64,000 bases of DNA from an uncultured Pseudomonadota bacterium (GCA_903844895.1 CAIMVM010000153.1:1226-65225), one strand, 5' to 3'; positions 56,253-63,430 are shown, numbered from the stretch's first letter. Program-made: numbers and translations. The notes: generated from the sequence alone by a model not told the origin.

Positions 56253-56852
56253 CTATTTTTTCCACCGAACCAGGCACGTTTCCCCTATATGGAGGGGTTC
56301 GACTACTATAGCGTCACCTCCACCAGTACCTACAACAGGCGAACCACGGACCGGTTGTGTACCGTCGAGAACGCCTGAAAATATGGATTGGATTGTAGAT
56401 TTAAAAGGCAAGGCCCCGGGGAATGAGTCCGGAGCTTTTTTGCTTTGGGACGCTGGTAAATCCAGCTCAACATCCATGGCAGTCACATAGTGGGTCTTCA
56501 GTCCTTCGGGGGTGTAAACTAAGGATTCGATGAGGCGCCGGATGAGCCTCTTCTGGGTCGAAGGTGTGGCTTTGTGCCAGCCCTTCTTGAAAGCCTTCAC
56601 CTTGTCCTCGATGACCAATCTGGCTTCCTTGGCATCCTGGTTTCTTTGAGCGCGGGTTTCAAGAGTTTCGAGGTAAGTGCCCAAGGCCTTCTTCCTCTCA
56701 GCCAACTTTTCAAGTTTTTCCCTTATTACATTTTTAATGTCAGTGCTTCCGGCGTGCGACGAATCCATACAATTTAGGGCTGAATAAACGAATTTTCCAC
56801 TAAAAGTGGTTAAAATGATCTGAACTGGAGCTCGGTCTTTCGCCAATAGCAT
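56253..56852 (-). CDS. serine-recombinase-like coiled-coil/C-terminal module ORF ('B'); the 3' end runs across the att core
   Basis: 199 aa. The coiled coil (IREKLEKLAERKKALGTYLETLETRAQ) followed by KKGWHKATPSTQKRLIRRLIESLVYTPEGLKTHY resembles the post-zinc-ribbon part of large serine recombinases. The last 24 codons lie beyond CCACCA in E1b DNA. Confidence 0.55.
   Translation of the reverse strand: MLLAKDRAPVQIILTTFSGKFVYSALNCMDSSHAGSTDIKNVIREKLEKLAERKKALGTYLETLETRAQRNQDAKEARLVIEDKVKAFKKGWHKATPSTQKRLIRRLIESLVYTPEGLKTHYVTAMDVELDLPASQSKKAPDSFPGALPFKSTIQSIFSGVLDGTQPVRGSPVVGTGGGDAIVVEPLHIGETCLVRWKK
56296..56345. other. att-like junction J3 (E1b / E2): GGTTCG-N18-CCACCA-N14-CGAACC, with a tRNA-3'-end-like left arm
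   Basis: GGTTCG is at 56296-56301, ACCTCCACCA at 56316-56325 (identical to tRNA nt 48618-48627) and CGAACC at 56340-56345. Confidence 0.6.
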
Positions 56853-56866
56853 AGTGCAAAATTGAA

Positions 56867-57802
56867 TTATTTCGTTTTATAAACGCCCTGTATCGGTACG
56901 ATCTTATCAAGGCTCCGCATAAATTTAGGCATGGGACCTTGAACCGCAGAAGATGGAGCATATCCCAGAGCTCTAGCTACCGAGGTTGTATCAAAGGAAT
57001 CACAAATGAAATTATACTTGCCATTCTCGCCAAAAGTTGTGGCACTGCATAGAGACAAACCATTGTTGGCTTTGGTAGCTTTTCCCATTCTGTAACCGAT
57101 ATACTTAGGGGTACTCACGACTAATTCATATTTTCTTACAACATCCACCTGGGTGCCGAACCCAAACTCCAAAAGCGTCTTAGGATCCACAAAATTTAAA
57201 TCGATGGCAAGACCCTTAGAATCATAGAACTTAAATGTCATGGCATCGATTTTGATCGCTTCTCTAATAAAGCCAACATCATTTAAAAGATCTTTACATG
57301 CATTTTTCTGTGTTCCCGTATTGGAATCCACATAGTTGCCTGGCATCGAGTTTTGGTAGAATGGTATGAGCTTTACGCTATCGATGTACTCACGTGTTGG
57401 CCGTGTGTAGCTCCATTCGATGGAGTGGGCTTTGTCAAACTGAATTCCAGCTTTTACAGGTGAGTTTCCTTTTCCAAGAGCATCCACAAGACCCACTCGG
57501 GCTCTTCCGGATACACGGTAAGAAGAAGCTCGTGTGGGAAGATCGATTCCACTCACTTTTCTAATACCTGTAGGCTGGTTTGCTATAAGATCAGGAAAAC
57601 ACTCTTGGGGCCCACTATGAATGATCATAGCTTTTGCAGAACCTCCTACTAATGTTCCTGTTCCTGCTTCCGCGATGGGCATCTCGTAGGGAATAAACCC
57701 AACTTTTCTCATATCCTCTTTCAAATAGTCTTCCGGCTGCATACTTCCACAGCCCATTAAACTTCCTAAAACTCCTACTGCGCACCAAGCATTTCTTTTC
57801 AT
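56867..57802 (-). CDS. lipoprotein of unknown function (beta-rich)
   Basis: 311 aa with a signal peptide and lipobox (SLMGC). I recognise no family with confidence. Confidence 0.55.
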   Translation of the reverse strand: MKRNAWCAVGVLGSLMGCGSMQPEDYLKEDMRKVGFIPYEMPIAEAGTGTLVGGSAKAMIIHSGPQECFPDLIANQPTGIRKVSGIDLPTRASSYRVSGRARVGLVDALGKGNSPVKAGIQFDKAHSIEWSYTRPTREYIDSVKLIPFYQNSMPGNYVDSNTGTQKNACKDLLNDVGFIREAIKIDAMTFKFYDSKGLAIDLNFVDPKTLLEFGFGTQVDVVRKYELVVSTPKYIGYRMGKATKANNGLSLCSATTFGENGKYNFICDSFDTTSVARALGYAPSSAVQGPMPKFMRSLDKIVPIQGVYKTK

Positions 57803-58143
57803 GGTTGTCTCCTCTAATAATAACTTGGTAGGGCTCGGAGACCAGAGTGGTAAAAATTGAATGATTCTGTTTTTTCTATAATAAACATTGACTTAGACGA
57901 TGAATTAATGTCGTGGCTTCTCTGAGGGAGGTCCAGTTGGCGGATTTTGCCGATCCCGGAAATTTCATAACCATCAAGAACTATTGACCTTAAACTTATA
58001 TCTGGGGGAACCTGCTAGAATTTTAGAGAAACTTTCGCTTAGGGTGAATCTATGGTCGAACGTTTGTTCTGGGTATTTTGAGCTATCTTGTCTTAACGAC
58101 TTCCGAGACATTACAGGCTGACTCCCCGATTCTACCTTTGCAG

Positions 58144-58205
58144 GGTGCACTGCCACCACCCAAGACATTTTAAGGATGTAACACTGAATATTCGTTTAGT
58201 AAGTA
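58144..58205. repeat. intergenic repeat R, copy 2
   Basis: It matches R3 at 52 of 62 positions by hand alignment (..GCACTGC..CCAAGACATTTTA..CACTGAATATTCGTT.AGTAAGT). Confidence 0.65.
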
Positions 58206-58414
58206 GTATAATACTATGAATTGATGCACTGCTTTGAACCAACGCAGAGGGCTTGATTTCCCTATTAACGGGCGCTCGGAATAGATTAGCGGCTACTCGA
58301 GATCACCAGCAACTACGGTTGCTACAAACTTTTCGGAAATTGTTGTAACATTGAAGTCATGGATTCACATCTGTCTTTATATTATTTGCCTTCAAATAAA
58401 TCGGGAGTCAAAAA

Positions 58415-59302
58415 TTGAAAAAAATTAGTCAGTTCTTTACTATTCTTATTTTCTTTGGATCAATTCAGTTTTCAACAGGGTGTAAGGTCGCCGATCAGAT
58501 TAGTGGGGAGACCTCAGTTGATTCGAAAACAATAACAAGGAATGCCGATACTTTAAGGGATATTATAAATACACCGGTTGGGGGTCCAGAAGGTTATATT
58601 TTCAATATCAAAGACGATAGCGCGATTATTTCCTTTAATTGCAAATTGGGTCACGCAAATTGGGTTAGTTAGACCGTAACCAAATCAGACTTTGGCTCAG
58701 CAAAGCGTACGAAAATTTTTACCCAAGAACCTCAATTGCCTTCAAATGATTGTTTAAGTCCACTTTCTACCGACTACACTAAGTCGGGATATGATCGTGG
58801 GCATATGGTCCCATCTAGTGACCGAAATAGGGACAAAGCTTACAATGAAGGTGTTTTTTCTATGGCAAATGTGGTGCCCCAAGCTCCACAAGTCAACCAA
58901 AAAAGTTGGAGTGACCTTGAGTGTTTAACGCGCTATTTCGTGAAGAATGGAAAGGACGCAATTGTGGTTGCTGGTACCTTTGGTAGTATTGGCAAATTAA
59001 AGCCTAGTGGAATTAATATTCCTGAGTATACATGGAAAGTCGTGTTAATTTTTCCGCGTGATGCCATAACAATTTCAGAGAAGACGACCACAGTATATGC
59101 AGTGCTTTACAAGAATGCCCTCACCGATGAACCGGTTCCACTAGCAAATGCACTGGTATCAATTGATGAGCTTGAAGAAAAAATACAGCTCGATTTCCTT
59201 TCAGGGATAAAGGACGATTTAGAAGAGAAACTTGAAAAGAGGAAGCAGGCCTTACCAGATGATTTCGACAATATAATTCGCGGTATCGTTACAGAAACAT
59301 AG
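58415..59302 (+). pseudogene. secreted DNA/RNA non-specific endonuclease (NucA / Serratia-nuclease family) interrupted by one in-frame TAG at 58670-58672
   Basis: Track ORFs 58415..58672 (signal peptide/lipobox GC) and 58736..59302 (YDRGHMVPSSDR, NVVPQ) are in the same frame. The codons between them also read through (TVTKSDFGSAKRTKIFTQEPQLP). Confidence 0.7.
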
Positions 59303-59381
59303 TAAGTTAGAAAATTACGCAATCCAGCCTATGGTTGTTTAGACTTAATTGCCCTGCGCCAATTCACGTGCTTTGTTTGAA

Positions 59382-59443
59382 AGGCGCACTGCGACGAACC
59401 AAGACATTTTATGGGTTTACCACTGAATATTCGTTCAGTAAGT
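59382..59443. repeat. intergenic repeat R, copy 3
   Basis: It is a direct repeat of R2. R2 and R3 together bracket the nuclease gene. Confidence 0.65.
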
Positions 59444-59600
59444 CTTAAAATAGTTAGGATGGACGCAAGGCGCCTAGCACATCTACCACCTTTTATTCGA
59501 GCTTAAATTACAATCATGAGACCCTGCGCCCAAACTATTGGGAATTGTATGACTTTAACGCATGGGTATGGCTTATAGTAAACCCATTGGAATTAGAAAT

Positions 59601-59843
59601 TCAAGCTCGACTCTTTTTGTTCTTCGCGGATTCCCAATTTGCTGTCGGTGAAAGGCCGTGGAGAGCATAGTCGCGAAGAACATAATTTACGAGAGTTTGA
59701 TAGGGCAAGTCAGTCTTTTCCGCTAAATCTTTGAAATATGCAATCACTGCAGGATCCAATCTTATAGTCACAGGTTCTTTAATACGCTTTAAATATTTAG
59801 GTTCAGCTTTTTTCAGCTTTTTAAAATCATATTCCTTCTTCAT
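59601..59843 (-). CDS. brnA: BrnA antitoxin (CopG/RHH-like)
   Basis: 80 aa with the pattern YDF.KLK......LK....VTIRLD..VI.YFK.LAE..G.PYQTLVN..L. It overlaps brnT by 4 nt. Confidence 0.8.
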   Translation of the reverse strand: MKKEYDFKKLKKAEPKYLKRIKEPVTIRLDPAVIAYFKDLAEKTDLPYQTLVNYVLRDYALHGLSPTANWESAKNKKSRA

Positions 59844-60130
59844 AAAAACTCCTTAAAAACCGCATTTATTTCTTTCTTAGTCGCTTTTCGTGCCGAAATA
59901 ATTCTCACCACTGTGCCTGATGAGTTTTCCAGGTGAACCACAAGGAGAGTTCTTCCATGGCTGCTGCATCCTATCGCAATAAATCGGTCTTCCTCGATGG
60001 AGTGGTCGGGGTCGTGGAAAACTTCAAAGGGCATAGAGCCAAAAATAGTCGATGCTTCGAGGAAGGTGACCTTGTGCTTCTTATAATTGGCAGCAGCTTT
60101 AGCATCGTCCCATTCAAACTTGATATTCAT
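59840..60130 (-). CDS. brnT: BrnT toxin (DUF497 ribonuclease)
   Basis: 96 aa containing FEWDDAKAAANYKKHKVTFLEA...EDRFIAIG...RIISARKATKKE. Confidence 0.85.
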   Translation of the reverse strand: MNIKFEWDDAKAAANYKKHKVTFLEASTIFGSMPFEVFHDPDHSIEEDRFIAIGCSSHGRTLLVVHLENSSGTVVRIISARKATKKEINAVFKEFL

Positions 60131-60312
60131 TTTAAGTAGCCATTATGAAAAGCCATATGATCACGTACTTACAATGTAGGACAAAGAAATGCCTTTGTCA
60201 ATTTGATGTCGTGCTACATTTTATGACGCTATAAACGCAAATCTTAGAATGTTAGTTTCTATTAAGCTAAAATGCGAATTGAACAGGCCTTGAGGGCTTT
60301 TTTAGGTAATTA

Positions 60313-60882
60313 TCACCTTGCCCCAAGTGAACCTTTAGAGGCATTCAAAAGATCGATTTTTGCGATCGGAACCCGTTTCAGAATGTCAGGCAAGTGGCCA
60401 TCAAAAATACCATCGTCGCAATTATGGCAACAGCCTGGAACGATGCTTTGATGCCATACTTTCTCCTCCTCATACCGTTTTATGATTCTTGAAATAATTC
60501 CTTTTGCCCACCGCTTGCCACCGCGGGTTAGAATTTTTTGGTCGTTAAGTGTGTTGGCAATTGCAGAACATCCCTTACCTGATTGCCAAAGATTTTGAAT
60601 TTGAAGGACGACTTTATATTCCTTTGGCTCCTTTACGGGACTCCCCTCCAGGTAAGCATAGCCATAGGGAACAGCACCACCTTTCATACGGAGTGAACTT
60701 TTTAAGTCATTATTGTTGGCTTCAGTTGCGCTGCGCATTGGCAAACCACCGGCATTAAGGGCTGCTTTGATGGTTGTTCTCGGCAGGTCAATTTGCTTAG
60801 CAATTTCCCGTAAAGACATGCCTTGGGAGTAAAGTGGGGCGCAAATCTCGAAAATGCGATCTTTTGTGGTTGGAAAAAACAT
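60313..60882 (-). CDS. HTH + recombinase-domain protein ('X'), with no resolvase catalytic domain
   Basis: 189 aa starting at ATG 60882. It has a resolvase-type HTH (GMSLREIAKQIDLPRTTIKAAL) followed by a PF07508-like pattern (AVPYGYAYLEG..V....EYKVVLQIQNLW.SGKGCSAIANTLN....LTR.GKRWAKGIISRIIKR). No S-R catalytic motif is present upstream. Confidence 0.6.
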   Translation of the reverse strand: MFFPTTKDRIFEICAPLYSQGMSLREIAKQIDLPRTTIKAALNAGGLPMRSATEANNNDLKSSLRMKGGAVPYGYAYLEGSPVKEPKEYKVVLQIQNLWQSGKGCSAIANTLNDQKILTRGGKRWAKGIISRIIKRYEEEKVWHQSIVPGCCHNCDDGIFDGHLPDILKRVPIAKIDLLNASKGSLGAR

Positions 60883-60916
60883 GATTGTATCTTGATACTT
60901 AGGGTTGAATTTGAGC

Positions 60917-60966
60917 GGCTCGTCTGTTGTTGGTCCGAGGCCACCAGTACGAAGTCTAGGCGAACC
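60917..60966. other. att-like junction J4 (E2 / E3): GGCTCG-N18-CCACCA-N14-CGAACC
   Basis: GGCTCG is at 60917-60922, CCACCA at 60941-60946 and CGAACC at 60961-60966. The arms match at 12 of 20 positions as an imperfect palindrome. Confidence 0.55.
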
Positions 60967-61160
60967 ACGGACCGGTTGTGTACCGTCGGGACCGCCTGAA
61001 AATATAGATTGGATTGTAGATTTAAAAGGCAAGGCCCCGGGGAATGACTCCGGAGCCTTTTTGCTTTGGGGCGCTGGCATGACGGGCTCAACATCCTTGG
61101 CTGTCACATAGTGAGTCTTCAGTCCTTCCGAGGTGTAAACTAAGGATTCGATGAGGCGCC
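60947..61160 (-). pseudogene. 3' part of a third copy of the recombinase-like 'B' module (left end of element E3)
   Basis: It is homologous to 56326-56540. The homology stops abruptly at 61160 (..GATGAGGCGCC|CGGCAG..). Confidence 0.6.
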
Positions 61161-61268
61161 CGGCAGTAATTCAGGCCTTTCTATTCATTCATCTTCCAAA
61201 ATTCATTTAGTCGATTTTAGATTGTCCGAATTCGGTGTACCGCCTTGCGCCTTCCTGACTACAAAAAT

Positions 61269-61838
61269 TTATTGCTTAGGGAGTTGTGGCGCCATAATAC
61301 CACCCAATGTAACTTGCCTGGCTGTCATATTAATTAGGGCAATACCTAGTAACGTCATCCCAAAGGCAAGACCCATATCAGCAATATTAAATGTAAAGAT
61401 TCGACCACCAGGAAAAAACCTCATGGACAGGGTATCGTCTACGAAAAGAGAGTTGAAGTGGCTCAGGACATTAGACAATCCCCCAAACCAAAAAAGACTG
61501 CAACCTACGAGAGAAACACGAACAGAGCTAGAGGACCTATTTTTGAAAAGACCCCGCAGAATGAGCCAGCCTAAAAGAAATAAACAAAATGCTGGAACAT
61601 AACGCGTCCACAGTGCGTTTTCAGGGTTATAAAGCATTTCTAGGCTCTGAAAGACCACCCCAGAGTTGGGTGCCCTCGTCCAGTGCAACCAGTCCTGATT
61701 TAATAAGGGAGACATTTGATTGGGCATCAATTCCTTTGCCGTATAGATCTTTAAAATTTGATCAGACACAAAAACTGCCAATCCAGGCAAGAGAATCCAC
61801 TTCAAGGCATTTAATCGTTGGTTGGGCCATGTATTCAT
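61269..61838 (-). CDS. signal peptidase II (LspA) family paralog with a substituted catalytic motif
   Basis: It has the family blocks DQILK, NSGVVF, GGLSNVLSH (aligning with GGALGNLFDR) and FTFNIADMG (aligning with FNLAD). The first catalytic Asp aligns with Ser. Confidence 0.65.
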   Translation of the reverse strand: MNTWPNQRLNALKWILLPGLAVFVSDQILKIYTAKELMPNQMSPLLNQDWLHWTRAPNSGVVFQSLEMLYNPENALWTRYVPAFCLFLLGWLILRGLFKNRSSSSVRVSLVGCSLFWFGGLSNVLSHFNSLFVDDTLSMRFFPGGRIFTFNIADMGLAFGMTLLGIALINMTARQVTLGGIMAPQLPKQ

Positions 61839-61856
61839 AATGAGATCCTAAAGTAG

Positions 61857-63137
61857 TTAGTAATATCCACCATCGCCAGTAGCAATGGAAGTATCAACAC
61901 AGGGACTAGTGCTGCAGGTTTCAAAAAGATTTTTGGGATCGACAATTCGTACGATCTTCGCCGCATCAGTGCCTGATACAGGAGAGCCAGCCCCGCCCGT
62001 GTAGTTTTTCCCATATTTTGCCTGTTGCATATCGGCCGCGGAGTCGCTTATGCAACTAAGAACCACTTCACTACCTACCGATTGAAAAATATTGTCGATT
62101 TGAATCGTTCCAGCAGAATTACAACTCGTAGGTGACATGCATGAGCTTACGGCAGGAAAGAAGATTTGTCCTTTTTTCTCGTTAGCGCTAGTCGACACGC
62201 TTCCCAGACGTTCATAAGGAAAATTGGCAGAAGCACCTGTCACGGCAACATTATTTCCACCTTGGCAGCTATGGGTTAAAGGACTACCACCTACGGCGCC
62301 ATTTCCCTGACTGACAGTAGCACTTAAAAGTGACTTATCGGGGCCAAATAATAGGCTTGCATTATAAGGAACTGTGCCGCCTGATGCGCTCTGGGGTACG
62401 CTAAGATGAATGGCAGCACCGGGATCGCCAGCCATGGCAAAGATGGGCGGCACACCCAATATTTTGCCAACCCCTCCATCAATCACCACCCCGTCATAGA
62501 GATCGACTAACAAACTAATTTTGAAAGAAACATTTGATGCTCCTTTCCCTTTTCCCTCACCTTTAGTGTTATCAATGGACCCGTCTCCAGTATAAACCAA
62601 GTCGCCTGATAGGCAGTTTGACTGGCTAGAATCTGAAATGCAAATGGGGCTCGGAAGATAGGTTATAGAGCAGCCCGTGCTGCCATTGAAAGAAGTGGCC
62701 ACCGCGTCCCCGCTCGTTCCAATGGAGCCATCTTCATTGACACTCTTCACTGTAGAAATTGTGCTATTTGCTGTAAGGGGAGCACTAGCACTGCAATTGT
62801 AGCTACCATTTCCGTCAAACTTGACCTTATCTAGAGTTACGTCAGTGCTCCCGGCAAAACAAAGACCAAGGCTCACATAACGACCAAACGGCAGAGTGAT
62901 GTTCGAAACAGAGGCATTCGCAAAATTTGTGTCAGTTCGTTTAAACGTCACAGAAAAAGGATCTGAAATCAGAGTTGCCGCCGTTCCTTGATCACTGTTG
63001 GCAGAAAGACTACTAAAATTATACGTAATCTTTGTGGGAGTGGCCCACCCATTATAGCAAACTCCAAAAGATGAGCTAGATAGAAGCGAGCCAACAAAAA
63101 TACATACAATGCTTGAAATGGAAAGAAATACATTCAT
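61857..63137 (-). CDS. secreted Ser/Gly/Thr- and Cys-rich protein of unknown function
   Basis: 426 aa with an N-terminal hydrophobic signal ending in SSFGVC. I recognise no family. Confidence 0.55.
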   Translation of the reverse strand: MNVFLSISSIVCIFVGSLLSSSSFGVCYNGWATPTKITYNFSSLSANSDQGTAATLISDPFSVTFKRTDTNFANASVSNITLPFGRYVSLGLCFAGSTDVTLDKVKFDGNGSYNCSASAPLTANSTISTVKSVNEDGSIGTSGDAVATSFNGSTGCSITYLPSPICISDSSQSNCLSGDLVYTGDGSIDNTKGEGKGKGASNVSFKISLLVDLYDGVVIDGGVGKILGVPPIFAMAGDPGAAIHLSVPQSASGGTVPYNASLLFGPDKSLLSATVSQGNGAVGGSPLTHSCQGGNNVAVTGASANFPYERLGSVSTSANEKKGQIFFPAVSSCMSPTSCNSAGTIQIDNIFQSVGSEVVLSCISDSAADMQQAKYGKNYTGGAGSPVSGTDAAKIVRIVDPKNLFETCSTSPCVDTSIATGDGGYY

Positions 63138-63151
63138 AACGAGACTCCCTT

Positions 63152-63295
63152 TTAAAATTTTCCGCTATTAACTGTGCCGGTCACCGATGGCGTCTGAGAC
63201 TTATTGCTATCTTTTTTCGATTTTCCACAGCGAAACAAAAACGATGAGCTAGCGATCATCACGACTAAGATAAAAAGCAAGTCTCTTGGATTCAT
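63152..63295 (-). CDS. 47-aa putative small exported or lipoprotein-like peptide (not in the ORF track)
   Basis: ATG 63295 follows an AGAGG RBS. The peptide is MNPRDLLFILVVMIASSSFLFRCGKSKKDSNKSQTPSVTGTVNSGKF. It ends 14 nt upstream of the 426-aa gene. Confidence 0.35.
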   Translation of the reverse strand: MNPRDLLFILVVMIASSSFLFRCGKSKKDSNKSQTPSVTGTVNSGKF

Positions 63296-63430
63296 GAAAT
63301 ACCTCTAATAGAATAAAGTTAAGGAAAACTTGAAAGCGAAAGCTCTCATTCAAGTCTATCACGATCCAGAATCAATTAGTCAACTGGTGGGAAATTTGCG
63401 GTCCATAAGAGACATTACCCACTATTTGCC

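Larger units (their letters stand above)
52455..56319. mobile_element. putative non-autonomous element E1b (no recombinase-like gene; carries a TA-like pair, a DUF5946-like gene and an IS66-family insertion)
   Basis: It is flanked by CCACCA. Its ends are inverted repeats (AGTAGTCGAACC at 52463-52474 vs GGTTCGACTACT at 56296-56307, and GAAAATAGAC at 52478-52487 vs GTCTATTTTTTC at 56251-56262). Confidence 0.45.
56326..60940. mobile_element. putative integrative element E2 (best-preserved copy)
   Basis: It is flanked by CCACCA and has inverted-repeat ends. Both terminal modules are intact ORFs (56253..56852 and 60313..60882) and they bracket the cargo. Confidence 0.5.

Noticed and set aside
56291-56325. 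A possible second (partial) tRNA gene, because the segment ends in ACCTCCACCA and contains GGTTCGA.
   Set aside because: Only the 3' part is present. The would-be T-stem does not pair (GGAGG/GGTTCGA/CTACT). There is no D-arm or anticodon arm upstream. I interpret it as an att arm or displaced tRNA end rather than a gene.
52449-56325. Reading segment 52455-56319 as a recombinase-mediated inversion, because its ends are inverted repeats.
   Set aside because: The CCACCA cores at both ends are in the same orientation. The arm pattern is explained more simply by an element with inverted-repeat ends inserted in tandem. An inversion between two sites would not yield this arrangement.
50870-59450. 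Reading the R and Q repeats as integron attC sites, with the island as an integron cassette array.
   Set aside because: No intI-type tyrosine integrase or attI is present. The repeats lack the RYYYAAC/GTTRRRY core pair. Cassette orientation is mixed, since the nuclease is on the opposite strand. I keep them only as unexplained repeats.
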